Source: Podospora anserina
Taxonomy: Eukaryota
NCBI GenBank assembly: GCA_017654855.1
Contig: CM030337.1
Span: 3,968,001-4,032,000 of the forward strand
DNA length: 64,000 nucleotides
Direction of reading: 5' to 3'
Under the pieces are notes generated by a model. The model ran no database searches and had not been told where the DNA came from. It saw only the letters and a program-made list of their open reading frames with translations. How positions within the stretch are numbered: position 1 is the first letter of the stretch; the number at the start of each line of letters is the position of its first letter. Positions 1 through 13,619 of this stretch are shown here, piece by piece. A program made the translations under genes and the position numbers.

Positions 1-2220
1 CCGATACCTAGCAGGAGAGCATCAGCGGCGGTAATCGGATATGGTATATGGTCATGGGAAATGCATCTTGACCGCCGTCTCCACGCCCCAGCTCTAAATG
101 ATCGATCACATCTCACATTGATGTCTCTTGGACCGGGGGCTTGGCCCCTCCTCGGTTTCCCAGATTGGACTAATCCAGGACGAGCGGCAGATTGTCTATC
201 ATATTGTTTGTGGATTGTCGTTCGTAAGTGTGACCTCATATGCAAGCCGAAGAAATTTGTCGTTGTTGGTGCTCTTCAGTCACAAAGTTGATGTTGCTGA
301 TGGATCTTGATCGATTTACACATGCTCGCCTTACCATCGGGAAATTGTCAACTGCAAAGTGGGGGTTGCTGATCGCAGTGGGAGGTGATCGACATGTGGA
401 AAGTCAGGAACCAACAACCCTAACCCCTCTCATGGCGCAGTTGGCGGAGGCGGACGAGATGGCGTTAAGCACAACAGAAAGCTTTGACCAAACAATCCTC
501 AAGGCTTGATACAGACTCGCCGATATTGGTATTCCACAAGTCACCTTCCTGATGCCGTGGTGAGATGTCAACACCTTCCAGAGCTGGCCTTTTGAGGTTG
601 CTTCCCAGTTGTCGAACGCATGGACCAGGCGCCGAGTGACGATAGCGCGCACCACCTTCCCCATTTGGATCATGGCAGGTAACTTTATTTGAACAAGAAA
701 GACGCGATCTTGCTCGTCGCCTACCCTCTAGGTTCTCTTGGACCCATCCTTTGATGTCTGTGGCTTGTCTGTAATGACGGGTTTCTTTTTGTTGGCATTA
801 TCTTGGGTTCCCGCTACTAACGTCGTGTCTCTGGATCGCGTCCCATCGTCAGCTTGCTCACCTTATTACCGACAGATGCCCACTGCCCGGCCACAGTTGC
901 TCCGAACCAACACTTTACTGAACCAGCCTCGAACCCTGATTTATCCGAAGTTTGTGCTGAACCGGATGCTGTGTTGATGATGCCTCCAGCCAATGGTAGA
1001 TCAGCAGACCAAGACACGCTTCCACATCCTCCTGCTCAATCGCTCGATCGCTGACCAACGACATTTTTCGCTGACGAACTTCGGTTGATACGGCCATCGC
1101 TATAGAGCCGAACTTTTGTTGAAGCTGGCAAGTCGCCCCGGTACAGCTCGCAAGCTCTGGCAGATGCTGTGCCCAGCCAGCGAGGCAATCACCACCCCTC
1201 GCGACGTGGCGGCCCTTCGACTGTCATCATCGCGCCATGTATCTCGGGACATATTGACCCAGTATCGACGGGGAATGCGTTGTGCCTCGTTGAGCAGTTT
1301 GAACGGAGTCTTCGGCCGGTCGCCTGAGCGAGTCGAGTCTTTCTGCGGCACCCGATACGACGACCTGTGATGGGACAAGAGTCAGCAATATACCGGATAA
1401 TGGCCTCCTCGTCTCTGCCTCCCACGTTCCTTAACTGGTACCTATCCTCAGAAGCCATGGTTATTGTACAGCATTTCGCTTTTGGTCGAGGCTATTTTTA
1501 GTTTGTTGGTCCCGATCGGAGACATTTGCCACACCGGCAGAATGCGACGACCACCGTGAGAACAGCAAATCCGGGTCCGACAGGATACCCAGCACCAGCA
1601 CCAGCACCAACAAGCAGCATGCATTACCATGGTATTAGACGACTCAATCAGATGGGAAAGCGACTTACAGATGATCAAGCCGACTTGCTCAACACTCTAG
1701 CTCAAGCTGTTGGCTGTGGAACCACCCATTTTGCTCGTGGCCCCCGAAGTGGTATTGCCTACCACCCGGGGGGAAGAGTCTTATTTTCGGATACGGCTTG
1801 GAAAAATGCACCGGCTGGACCCGACACTCTGTCACTTGCCACACACTGCAACAATGGGTAGCTTTTTGCAAAGAGATTCACAGCAATCACGATGGGGCAT
1901 CCGGAATTGTTTCGGAAAGGCTTGATTGACTCATGCTAGACAAGAGAGGAAAAGAGAAAGACCACACAAGAAAAGCCAACAGAAGAGAAAACAAGAAATT
2001 CCGGATCTGAGCCAAGCTCCTCGGTCAGGGTATCCGTGGCAGGCACTCAACCATGCCGGCCCCACGTCCTGCCGCCTTCCAAGGTCCCAGAGCCCGCATC
2101 CCTTTTGGTTTCCACACCCGCCATTTCCGCAAAGTCCTTTTCCGTGTTCGGAGGAAGAAAAAAGAAGACCAAGCCAGCCTAAACCCCTGGGCCCAATGCT
2201 GTGGTAGATGGAAAAGCCAT

Positions 2221-3010
2221 CTATTTGCAGGTGCGCCAGGCGATGTTGACCTGCTGGGTGAAGGCAACAGTGGCGTCGTCGTTGGTGATCTCGCCGATGG
2301 CAGTGCGGTTGCTGCTGGTGAGGGCGATGCGGTTGTTGACGTTGAGGATGCCGTTGGCGCCGCAGGGCGAGTAGATGTAACTGGCGGTGGGGATGCGGTC
2401 GGCCTTGGTGTAGACCTGGCCAGACTCCCAGATGCCGCCGCCTGTGATGGAGGTCTGGGTGGTGGTGGTGGCGCTGGCGTCCTGGCTGAAGTAGTAGGTG
2501 CTGTAAAAGGTGCCGGTGACGCCCTTCTCGAGCTGAGCGTAGCCGTGGTAGGTGGACTCGACCACGGCGAACTGGAAGCCGCTGGGGTACTGTGTAGGGA
2601 GTGCGTGTTAGCCTTGACCTTTGTCTCATTGACATTCACAGGAATGGGGGCATGCACAGGCTCTACCTTTAGGGAGAGATGGAGCTGGCAGTTCTTGGTC
2701 TTAGCAGTGGGGTCATAGCCGGGGCCGATGTAGGTCTGGAAGCGGTCGAAGCCGAAGGTGACAACCTGTTGATGGGTTAGCATCTGCTGTCCTGCTTTTC
2801 TGTCTTGCCGCCCTGCTTCTAGCTTACAGTCTTATCGGGAGAGATGGAGGTGGAAACGGAGCCCTGGGGGCAGCCGTTACCAGAGAAGCTGGCCTTGTCG
2901 ATCTGGATCTGCTTCGGGTCGGGGGCGTTGGCCCAGCCGTCGTTTCCGACGACCTGAGCAACGGGGCTGGCGGCAGCGAGAGCGGGGAGGAGGAAAGCGA
3001 CGGCCTTCAT
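2221..3010 (-). CDS. Secreted protein, DUF4360 family (3 exons: 3010-2828, 2765-2667, 2589-2221)
   Basis: Signal peptide [16 protein letters not shown]. Motifs [41 protein letters not shown] introns with CTAAC branch points join three ORF-track fragments in frame. Confidence 0.85.
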
Positions 3011-6000
3011 TTTGATGATTGGGTTGCTGAAAAAGCTGGTTGGAAACCGAAGATGATGATGGTGCGGGCGGTGATCGGAAGATCTGAAGGCTGGAGGATG
3101 CTGAAGGCTTGAAGGCTGATGAGTTGATGAGGAAAAGAGGTCGATATCGTCGAGGAAGGGCTCGATACTTATACTCGTCTCTCGGGCTCGAACGTCCCTC
3201 TTTCTCGTGATGACTTCACATTATCCGAGGAACAAACTCCATATTCCCGGCCGCGGACGGGAAAGACGTTTCTCGTTCGAGCGAGACCCGCTTGACATCG
3301 TCGGTTTGGTGTTGTTAATTTGGTCCCCAGATTGTGCAGCCGTCTCCCAGACCCCAGCTTCTTCGCGGTTCTCCGAGTCCTTCTCCCTGTTTGGAACTTG
3401 GAGTAGTTTGCATCCGGATGTAAACATTGTCTGTCGATGGCGTTCGAGGCCAGTGTGGGTCTTCGTTTCCGAGGTTCTCGCACGCCTCTAGCACCACAGT
3501 CGCAGCAGCCAAATTTACGGATGAAGTGAGGATAAATGAACTACAAATTAAGACGGGACGTCGAGCTCTTATGGCTCGCTTCACCAAGGTACATGACCCT
3601 TACCAGAGCCGCACGAAGACCCAGTCCGATGCGTTCGCGTTACTCGATTTGCTGACGCTTCTATCTACTCTAGATGTCATTGTGGATATTCCAGTAACCA
3701 TAATTCTTTTTATAGAAGTCACTCTCCAGATTTCGACAAACTCGACACTGCGAACGTCCAATTCAGGCCGTCGCTGGCAATATCGGCTTAACATGCGGTG
3801 AGGACCGTGTCACATTGCGACATGCACTCGAGAAACTGGCCACTGACAACCGGGAATCATGGCTGTCTTGATGTTGTAGACATGTTGTTCTCCAAGTCAC
3901 CCCTAGTCTACGAAGCTCAGATCCACGATGATGCAACAAGCAAATTCTGTTGCACTCCCCGATCAGCAAGACAATCTGAAGACAAAACAATGGACAAATC
4001 CCGAGAACCGCGACCCGGGATACTGGCAAGGGCCACACCTGTTGAGATCTCCCACTCCGCTGGCAGCGCTGATCTTGTAACACGACGAGGCGCACCACTG
4101 GAAACTTGCACCAGAAGCCAGTGCTACCCAACAGACATGACACTTGTCGCCATTGCTATTTTTGTGGCATGTTCAGGGGTCATTAATTAAGCTTAATTGA
4201 GGGACCCACCCTTTGTTCCCGGACGGGGCCATCGCGGACCTGGGTCGTGGCGTGGTGGTTGCATCTCGCTGCTATCGGGGATAGCGACTCGAGAGACGTT
4301 GACGTTGCGTCGGTGGTCAGCTGACCGCCACATTGCCCGCCAGACGGAGTCCTCTGGCCATGCACCGCGAAGCTCCATCATGGCTGCCAACACACACACA
4401 CGCCGTCGGTGAAGCACAGCCCGGAGGCATTTCACCATCGATCAAAAGGACAGACCAAATACGGTTGTTCAATCCAGCCACTACTATAGGGTATTTGCTC
4501 GACCCGCCAATGCCGTTCAACCGTGCCATGGACCAACACTAGCGTTGCCGGAGTGCCCCTAGGGTACCAAACTACCCCCTTGTTCCGCCACACAGGATGA
4601 GGAACCAGATGCTCCGAATTTTTACGATTGGCCCAGCAAGGCGAAGACTTCTTGCTTTAGCTACACGCCTGCACTAACATCGCTGTTATTCTCATGATCC
4701 CGTTCCCCACATCGTCCCATCTCGAATCAAGAAGTTCCTCACTTGTCAAATATCAGTTCCCGGCTATTTCTTCGCTTGTGGTCCAGGAAGAGCAACCCGA
4801 GCGGGTGGCAAAAGGGCATTTGTCGAGCTTTCACAGTAAACGGGTTGAGAAAATAGAACCGTGCAGTTTGGTCCGGTCAAGGAGCTCTGTCTGCGATGGC
4901 TTTGGGTCGGTCCATCCTCAACTTACCCTCCGGGCAATTTCCTCCCGAGAGGGATGATACAGAGTCAATGTGAAGGGTTGACTGACAGTAACAGACCATG
5001 GGGCCGCATAACTCTGTGCTACCTATCTACAATCTACCTTGAATGCGATGGTCCAGAAAAAGCGACCCACATTCCCGCAGTTCGGCGGCTTGCCAGGAAC
5101 CCGGGATGCCCCCCAGCCTTCCCATGCAGTGCAAGGCTGGACAGGCTGAAAGGATACCAACCGATTGACGCAACCCCTGGGCTGTTCCACGGTTAATGGC
5201 CACATGTAGACCACCCTTTGCACGAGTCGGTTTCATTCGGCCCTGCGAGGTTACCGTGCACCAGCAGTTTTTTGAACACTCTATTTGGGCAAAACCCAAC
5301 CTGATCATGGCCGCCAACCATGCAAGACACACGAGCTTGTCTTTTATGAATGTGCTCAAAGGACCCCAGTATAAAATCGTATCCACATTGCTGACTGTCA
5401 CTTTGCAATAGCGTGTAGATTGGGCTTTTATATCAAGGTCACTTTGCTGCTCCCCATCTCCCTGTTGTACTGTCAAGCGAGTACAGGAATAGTAATAGTG
5501 TATATGAGGGTTCGTGCCAGGTACCACGAGGGAACCTGGATTCTGCTCGTAACTGGGGATATCTATGGTGCAGGACATGCTGCAGGTAATATCGAGGTTC
5601 TCATCAGTCTGACCCCCGATGTGCAGGTACTGGACTCTGGACGACGTCTCATTAACACCCCCGATGCAATTGACCAGCTCCCTTTCTGGCCGAAAGAAGA
5701 AACGGAAGATGACTGGCTACGACTGCTGCCTTGATCAAGCAATACAGATATTGATCTCTGTCTGGATTCCAGATGTCGACCCCAACTTTCCTGTGCCAGA
5801 TGCCGCTATCTTTAGCTCAGGGTAGCATCGAGATGTAGCTTTGTGTATAGTAAACAATAGACATATGAGAAGAATTTTTGATGCCAGCAACCACCGAGTG
5901 AACCGTCGAGGTATCAGCCTGAGTTGCGAGAGGAGGCGCAGTTCAAAATATGGTCTGATGAAGGGTCCTCGTTGTTGTGTTGACAGGTTGTTTTGGTGGC

Positions 6001-6778
6001 TGGGCCGGAGCGGAGGAGATAGGCATCACGGCCGCCGAGGTCCAGCACTACCGCGCCAACTACCACGGGCCGCATCTCACACAAAGTACCAATACGGCGG
6101 TGGTCCCGGGATAGTAAGAGAGAAGGAGGGGAATGTCACCCTGTGGGGGGGATGATCGACCACGCCTTTCTCCGTCCCGTCCGGCTTGCCTGCCATTGGA
6201 GGTGAACGTGGAAGAGGTGAGTGACACAGGTGGGGTGTCCGTGTAAATGTTTATCCAAGGGAGAAAGGAAATCGAGGGCGTCTGTTCTGGTGATGGGCCG
6301 CCTCCCGGACCTTGGTGGTTGACGCCGGGATGGTGTTGAGCCCTGTCTACCTATCTTCTACAGTCATCATCACTCACCAATAGTCGAGGCCTACAATGCT
6401 TTCTCAACGAGAAACAGCAAACCTCAAATGGTTCGCCCCATCCAAGCCGATCGAATCTTCCGGGCGCTCACCAAGTAGAAGGCGGCCAACATCATGACTC
6501 GGAATGAAGACGTCACACCAGACCACATCACAACACTGAAACCAACAACATGAAATAGTCTATTCTCCAAGCAAATTCTACACTCCTTCTCATAACACAC
6601 AAACACAAAAAGTGTACACTAATCCCAACAACACCATGCCTGCTCAAACGCTTTACTTCCCTCCCCATCACAAGCCAAACGCTACAAGCATGCTACAAGC
6701 ACTAATATCTTTTCACAAAAATTACAGATCCCGTTCTCCTCTGCATCATCACATCATATCCTCATACCTGTTCTCCAT

Positions 6779-8306
6779 CTACTGCCCCTCAACTTGCTTC
6801 AACAACCCCTCCAAATTGATGCTCTTAGGCCTCTCAATGGGCAGACCCAACGCCCGATCCCAGATCAGCTGCGCCAACGGGCCCAATCCTCTGCTGACGC
6901 CAAAAGTAGCGGTATAGTACAGCGTCTCGTGGAAGCCGTAGTGGTGGAACAGCACACCAGAGCTAGAGTCCACATTGGGGTAGGGGTTCTTGGTCTTTCC
7001 ATGCTTCTTCAGCACCTCAGGCGCAATGCGGCTGTTCTTCTCCACAAGCTGGAAGACTGGGTCGGCGGCGATCTCGGGGCGGGCAGCAGCGTAGTCCATC
7101 AGGGCCTCGAAGCGTGGGTCCGGCTTACGGAGCACGGCGTGGCCGTAACCAGGCACGACACGGCCGCTGTTGAGGGTGGACCAGAGGTAGTCGTGGATGT
7201 CGTCTTCGGTGTAGTTAGCGGGGATGGCCTCCTTCATCTGGATGATCCAGCGGAGGACTTCCTGGGCGGCGAGGCCGTGGAGGGGGCCGGCGAGACCCTG
7301 GAGACCGGCGCTGTAGCTAAGAAAGGGGTCGCTCAGTGCGCTACCAACCAGGTGGGTGGTATGGGCCGAAACGTTACCGCCTTCGTGGTCACCGTGGAGG
7401 GCGAGGTAGAGACGGAGGAGGTCTTGGAAGTTCTCGTTCTCCTTGCCGCCCTTGCCGAGCATGGCGGCGAAGTTGTAGGACCAATCTTGCTCGAGGTCGA
7501 TCTCGGCGGGAAGAGCACCGCCACCCTTGTAGGAGTTTTGGTAGATCTTGGCCGCGATAGTGGGCAATTTGGCGAGAAGAGAGATGCAGTCGTCAAAGGT
7601 AGGCTCCCAGTAATCGGCCTTGTTGAGGCCCTCCTCGTACGCCTTGGCAAACTTGGATGTGTAGTTCAAGGCGGAAACAGCAATGGCAAATTGGGTCATT
7701 GGGTGGAGGTCCTTGGGGAAGTTGTCAAGCAGCTTGGTGACAAAGTCTGGGAGCTGGCCTTGCTCGGCGAGCTCACGCGAGAACTGGCGGGTCTGGTTGA
7801 CAGAGGGCACTTTGCCAGTAAGCAAAAGCCAGAACATGGCCTCGGGAAGCATCTCGGTGCCGGTCTTGCCCTTGGGCAGCTCCTTTTGGCAGTCCTTGAT
7901 GGTGCGGCCGTGGAAGCGAATACCCTCGTTGGCATCGAGCACGGAACCCTCCCATACCATGGCCTTGAGGCCGCGCATACCACCAATTGTGTTCTCAACC
8001 TTGACCTCGCCAATGACCTTGGAGCCGTGGGCCTTGACCTTCTTGAACAGCTCGCGCTTGGCAGGGATCACCTCCTTGAGCGTTGTCTTGAGGTCGGGTT
8101 CGGCGGTAGAGTATGTTCGTCGTGTAATTGGGGCATATCTAACTGGCGTGGCAGCAAGAGGCTGCAGAAATGTCAGCAAACATGAAGTCTAGAGAGATGA
8201 GACGAACAGCTACGTGCTGCGTGCTGTGCAGTTCATGGTGGAGCAGCATTTGACTTACACGCAGAGCGCCCAATGCGCGGGGAGCCTTTCGGAAGTTCAA
8301 AGCCAT
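6779..8306 (-). CDS. mcsA: 2-methylcitrate synthase, mitochondrial (exons 8306-8259, 8161-6779)
   Basis: Citrate-synthase motifs GDHEGGNVSAHT, GLAGPLHGLA, VPGYGHAVLRKPDPR, YPNVDSSSG. Arg-rich presequence MALNFRKAPRALGALR. Head-to-head with a methylisocitrate lyase. Confidence 0.92.
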
Positions 8307-9272
8307 GTCTGATGGTATCCAAAGTCGAGTGTAGATGATCTGAAAATGTTTCTTAATTCCGAGTTCCTCAGAGCCTCATATGAGAGAAGCTGACCTCCTC
8401 TGGTCCTTTATCCCATGCCAGCCGAGGGATGTGGAGAGGTTTGCCCTTGCAGGGAAGTGGCCGGGGCGCGCTCGACCGTGAATGCGGGGTACTTGGTGTA
8501 TCCTTGCCGCTTTCTTTTGGAGCACCCTTGAAGGCTGGAGCTTCCCCGGATTTCTTGGTGATGTAATGGGGGCCGTGGGGGTGGTGTGCAGTAGAGATAT
8601 CACAGATGCTATGGCAGCGCAAAAAAAACGTCTCAAGTTCCAAACTTCTACAAGACAGCCTCAAAATCATTTTCCAGTGGTTTGGACACGATCAACGTCC
8701 GCCGCTTCTTTTACATGTGCACCAGCTTCCTATTCTGGCGCCAACGCTAAAACCCCGCCATGTCACTTTCACAGCGCTTCAACCGAGGGAAGCCGCTCTC
8801 TCTGCCCCGCACTCTGGGCGTTGCAGCCCCGGACAAACGGTGCAGGGTAATGCCGGTTGAGCGATTGACCAATCAGAAGCTCGCTAAATCCCTCGGCAAC
8901 GCTCCACACCACTGAAATGTCGCCGTCGACCAGAACCTCCATCACGCCGAACCGTGACCCGGACAACTTGAAGCTCCTGCTCTTTAACCATAGCCATACC
9001 CGGTAGCACCTGCACGCCATCGCTCCCGAATTCCACAAAGAAATAACGCCGGCCGATCCGTTTCCACCTTTACTCAGCAGTTGGCCCGTAGCTGGTCAGC
9101 TAGCTCGACCGTACTCGACCCCGACATCGGCAGCATCGCAGAGCAGACTGTGTGTCCAAGCCATATCTTTTTAACACGGCATCTTCCTTTTGTATGTCTT
9201 AGCTGGCCTGGCTTTGGATACCCGGAGAAACTCAACACACCTACCTTTGTTTCTTGGCTTACCACACCTCCG
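8307..9272. promoter_or_regulatory. Bidirectional promoter of mcsA/mclA with three CCTCGG (FarA/FarB-type) motifs
   Basis: CCGAGG at 8422 and 8783, CCTCGG at 8891, CCAAT near 8869, plus several SYGGRG (CreA-like) sites. Function inferred. Confidence 0.5.
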
Positions 9273-11099
9273 ATGCTGCGCACCATTCTCCCCAGCGTCC
9301 CCCGGCGGACCCTGACTGCACGGCTAACCTCCGCCTTGTCTTCCGGATCAGCTAGGGCGCACGCCGTTCGCTCCCTATCTACAACTGCGGTCACCAGAAT
9401 GTCTTCTCTCCCACCAGCAAACCCACCACTGACCACGACGTCAGCTTTTGAGGCCTACCAGCTCTTGCCCGAGGCGCAAAAGGCCGGAGCGGCCGAAGAT
9501 GCCTTGTTCGAAGCTCAAGTCAAGGAGGTTGAAGCCTGGTGGGCTTCTTCCCGTTTTGAGGGCATCAAGCGCGACTGGACAGCCGCCGATGTCGTGAGCA
9601 AGCGCGGCTCCCTCCAGCAAAACTACCCCAGCTCCGTCATGGCGCGCAAGCTATGGAACCTCGTCCGTGAGCGCGAAGCTGCTGGCAAACCCATCCACAC
9701 ACTGGGCGCCATCGACCCTATCCAGATGACACAACAAGCGCCGCATCAGGAGGTCCTCTACATCTCTGGCTGGGCCTGCTCCTCGCTCTTGACGACCACC
9801 AACGAGGTTTCCCCTGACTTTGGCGACTACCCTTACAACACGGTTCCCAACCAGGTCCAGCGCCTGTTCAAGGCGCAAAGCATGCACGACCGCAAGGACT
9901 GGTTCCTGCGCTCCAAGATGAGCCCCGAGGAGCGCGCAAAGACCCCTTACACCGACTACCTCCGCCCCATCATTGCCGATGGCGATACCGGTCACGGTGG
10001 TTTGACCGCCGTCATGAAGCTGGCCAAGCTATTTGCTGAGAACGGCGCGGCGGCGGTGCACTTTGAGGACCAGATGCACGGCGGTAAGAAGTGCGGGCAT
10101 TTGGCTGGCAAGGTTCTCGTCCCAACGAGCGAGCACATCAACCGCCTCAAGGCTGCCCGGTTCCAGTGGGATGTCATGGGAACTGAAAACTTGGTGATCG
10201 CCCGTACCGACTCGGAGAGCGGCAAGCTTATTTCGTCATCTATTGACGTCCGTGATCACGAGTTCATCCTCGGTGTTGCGGACCCCTCTGTTGGGTCTCT
10301 TGCCGAAACGCTGGCTTCGATGGAAGCAAAGGGTGCCTCTGGTTCAGAGATTGACGCCTTTGAGGCCCAGTGGGTCAAGTCCACCAAGCTGGTCACCTTT
10401 GACGACGCTGCCGTTGCCCACTTTGAGAAGCATGGTGTGCCCCAGGAGAAAATTGCAGGGTACCAGTCTGCCGTCAAGGCTGACAGGGACATGGGCATTT
10501 CTGAGCGCCGCAAGCTTGCCTCGTCTATTACCCCTGATGCCCCTGTGTACTGGGACTGGGATGTCCCCCGCACCCGTGAGGGCTTCTACCACTTCCGCAA
10601 CGGCATGAACGCTGCTACCAAGCGTGCGTTGGCTTTTGGTCCCTATGCCGACCTTCTCTGGGTTGAGACTGGTGACCCGAATGTGCAGGTGGCTAAGGAT
10701 CTTGGTCAGGCTGTCAGGTCGGTCTACCCTGGCAAGGGGCTGGTGTATAACCTCAGCCCCTCGTTCAACTGGATGGCGCATGGGTTTACCCCAGAGACGC
10801 TCAGAAGCTTCATCTGGGATATTGCCAAGGAGGGGTTTGTCCTTCAGCTTGTCAGCTTGGCTGGTCTGCACAGCACCGCGACAATCAGCAATGAGCTGGC
10901 CAAGAAGTTCAAGGAGGATGGCATGGCTGCTTATGTGGAGCTTGTTCAGAGAAGGGAGAAGGAGTTGGGTGTTGATGTTTTGACACACCAAAAATGGAGC
11001 GGTGCTAGCTACGTTGATGCTGTGTTGGGCCATATTCAGAGTGGCAGCTCAGGGAGTAAGAGTATGGGTGAGGGGAATACGGAGGGGCAGTTTGAGTAG
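9273..11099 (+). CDS. mclA: 2-methylisocitrate lyase, mitochondrial (ICL2-type)
   Basis: Isocitrate-lyase motifs [49 protein letters not shown]. Mitochondrial presequence from the ATG at 9273 ([12 protein letters not shown]). Adjacent to mcsA. Confidence 0.9.
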   Translation: MLRTILPSVPRRTLTARLTSALSSGSARAHAVRSLSTTAVTRMSSLPPANPPLTTTSAFEAYQLLPEAQKAGAAEDALFEAQVKEVEAWWASSRFEGIKRDWTAADVVSKRGSLQQNYPSSVMARKLWNLVREREAAGKPIHTLGAIDPIQMTQQAPHQEVLYISGWACSSLLTTTNEVSPDFGDYPYNTVPNQVQRLFKAQSMHDRKDWFLRSKMSPEERAKTPYTDYLRPIIADGDTGHGGLTAVMKLAKLFAENGAAAVHFEDQMHGGKKCGHLAGKVLVPTSEHINRLKAARFQWDVMGTENLVIARTDSESGKLISSSIDVRDHEFILGVADPSVGSLAETLASMEAKGASGSEIDAFEAQWVKSTKLVTFDDAAVAHFEKHGVPQEKIAGYQSAVKADRDMGISERRKLASSITPDAPVYWDWDVPRTREGFYHFRNGMNAATKRALAFGPYADLLWVETGDPNVQVAKDLGQAVRSVYPGKGLVYNLSPSFNWMAHGFTPETLRSFIWDIAKEGFVLQLVSLAGLHSTATISNELAKKFKEDGMAAYVELVQRREKELGVDVLTHQKWSGASYVDAVLGHIQSGSSGSKSMGEGNTEGQFE

Positions 11100-11311
11100 G
11101 ATAGGTGACTGTTAATAAAAGGGGTGAAGAGGTTGGAGGACCGTGTATGTACAGGAGGCATTTGCAAGCATATTGCATAAGGAGGGCGTTTTTGGCTATG
11201 GCATCTTTCGACTTCAATCTCAACATGATACCAACTAAACACAAAATCAAGTCATCACATTGTATTGGTACATCAGATCATCTATCATGTATCATCAAAG
11301 CCTGCAGAATC

Positions 11312-12209
11312 TTACAAGCTGTCCTTGGAGGCGTTGTTCACGGGCGCCGGGGCAGCCGGGCCCTCGGGGGTGACATACGCCTTGGTCATACCACCATCCA
11401 CCACAAAGTCATGGCCGTTGACAAAGCTGCTGTCATCGCTGGCCAAGAACAGAACCGCCTGCGCCTGCTCAATGGCCTCCCCGAATCTGCCAGTAGGGAA
11501 GTGCACCTCTCTCCTGTGTCTTTTGGCCTTGTCATCGCCCAACCAATCCTGCAGCAAAGGGGTGTTCAACGGCGCAGGGCACAAGCTGTTGAATCGATAC
11601 CCCTCCCTGGCATGCACAATCGCCAGCTCCCTCGTCATGGCCAACACAGCACCCTTGCTAGCGGTGTAAGCCAACTGCGGTGTAGCCGACCCGACAAGCG
11701 CAACAACAGACGCAGTGTTGATGATCGACCCCTTGGTCTTGTTGTGTCTCCGCAACGAAAGGACGGCGTGCTTGCAACCAAACCAGACGCCCTTGACGTT
11801 GATGTTTTGCGTCAGATCCCAGATGTCCTCGGGGGTGTTGACCGCGTCGTCGTCGCGGGCGTGCATGATGCCAGCATTGTTGAACATGACGTCGACGCCG
11901 CCCCAGGCGTCGAGGGACTCGACGGCGGCTTGGACGGCAGACTCCTTGGAGACGTCGCAGATGGTGGTTTCGATCTTGCCGGCGGCGGGGACGAGCTGTT
12001 TGACTTTTGCTTGGGCGCGGGAGAGGGCTTCTTCGGATATGTCGGCCATGAGGACGTTGGCGCCTTCGCGGGCGAAGAGGATGGTTGTTTCGAGGCCGAT
12101 GCCACTAGGCGACGTTAGCCTTGGGGATAACGGTAGGGTGGGGGGATTTAGAAGCCTACCCGGCGGCGCCGGTGACAATGGCGTTTTTACCAGCTAGACG
12201 ACCGGACAT
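11312..12209 (-). CDS. Short-chain dehydrogenase/reductase (exons 12209-12160, 12104-11312)
   Basis: Removing a 55-nt GT-AG intron gives MSGRLAGKNAIVTGAAGGIG (Rossmann motif). Also NNAGI, YTASK and DGG motifs. Confidence 0.92.
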
Positions 12210-13619
12210 TGTACCAAACTTCGAGTTGATCAAGTTGACTGTTTCTCTTCTGGTGGTGGTGGTGGTGTGTTGACGTCGTTGGAGGGGTAGTGGCCGGGGG
12301 GGTCTTGGTGATAAGACCGATAACACGGAGGGAAAGGACGGCGAAGGTTGAACTTGTCACAGTCACCCTCAAGAACAAATAAATACCCCAATCTCTCAGA
12401 GTATGTAGACGATGGAGCTTTGGAAGGATTTGAGGAGGCAGAAGAGCAAATATGGTGTTTGCTGATAGCAAAGCCAACACTTACCTACTACTTATCTCAC
12501 CTCTGGACCCATCACTGATACGGCCGACAGCTGCACCATGCCCCGCGTCCCTTGAGCATCCGAGAACGGCGCAAGCCAGCACCAGATGGGAAATCCAACC
12601 CCTTTCCCCCCCTGAGTGGATGGTTGGGATCCGGTCTATCAGATCCACTCGATTGAGCATCCCGAGTCTGGCCGCAGGACCTCGGGGGGCCCAGATGCCG
12701 ACGGACCTCCTCCGTATTGGCCTCAGTGGACAGTGGCAGGACGCGTGACCCTTCAGCAGACGCCCTTGAGGCCAACGGCCCAATAACTTAGACACATGCT
12801 CGCAGAATCGTGGGTCCGATAGCGGTGAGAAGCAAGCAAAACCGTCCTTACATCATTTCCAATGCGTGTCTCGCTACACCTGTCACCGCCATCCAAGAGA
12901 GGCGAGAGATGGGATGGAGGGAGTAAGAAGGAGGGGCTTGGCGTCACCGTGGGAGCTGCTGCGGGGTCGTTGCCCGTCTTGATGGAGCTCTAGCGATAAG
13001 GAGAGATGTAACATAGAGGGCGATTTGTCACCACGGAAGTCTCAAAAGTCTCCCAAGCGGATACACTACTTGGATAGGAAATCTCTCTCTAGTAGATCAG
13101 AGAGAAGAATTAGACAGTGAGAACTCTGTCATGAGTGTCAGGCTTGTCGAGGACCTCTTGAGCTGCCCCGCACTTTGCACGCCTGGCATGGCACGTGCAA
13201 GACCCCTCTTCGCCGTTCAGCCTGAAAGCTCCATGGCTGAAACCTATGACGCAGTGACCCGCAGCTGGACCAATTACAGGGCTCTGCTTGCCTTATCGGC
13301 ATCTTTCAGAGGTGTGACCAGGGCTTATCGGCCGAACCAACCCGCCAGTAGCTCCCCTCGGAACTCCCTATGACGATCGCAAAACAAGCTTCCCATCCCT
13401 TTCATTGCTTCACGATCCAAAAAGGAGGTCTGAGTTCGTCATCGGTTCAACCCGCTGCCGCTATCAGTGTAAGAACTCTTGCTGAACTCTTTTGAGCTCT
13501 TCACTGTGTTCAGGATTCTCTCAGAAGCCAACACCGCAATCTACAGCAAGCCACAAGACCAGGACCCCGCAACCCCTCCATTGATTATCGTGATATAGAG
13601 CTTTTCAACACCAGCAACC
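12210..13619. promoter_or_regulatory. Shared divergent promoter of SDR/GS-like genes with clustered GATA sites
   Basis: GATAAG/CTTATC at 12310, 12491, 12995, 13292 and 13324 (the last two as CTTATCGG direct repeats). CCTCGG at 12680 and 13356. Confidence 0.45.

Noticed and set aside
3100-6700. Numerous short ORFs
   Set aside because: No recognisable domains or splice-consistent gene model; treated as intergenic.
6794-8185. 463-aa plus-strand ORF
   Set aside because: Antisense shadow of mcsA caused by codon bias; no recognisable motifs.
9081-9272. N-terminal extension of the lyase ORF
   Set aside because: Starts at a non-ATG codon; the ATG at 9273 gives a typical mitochondrial presequence.
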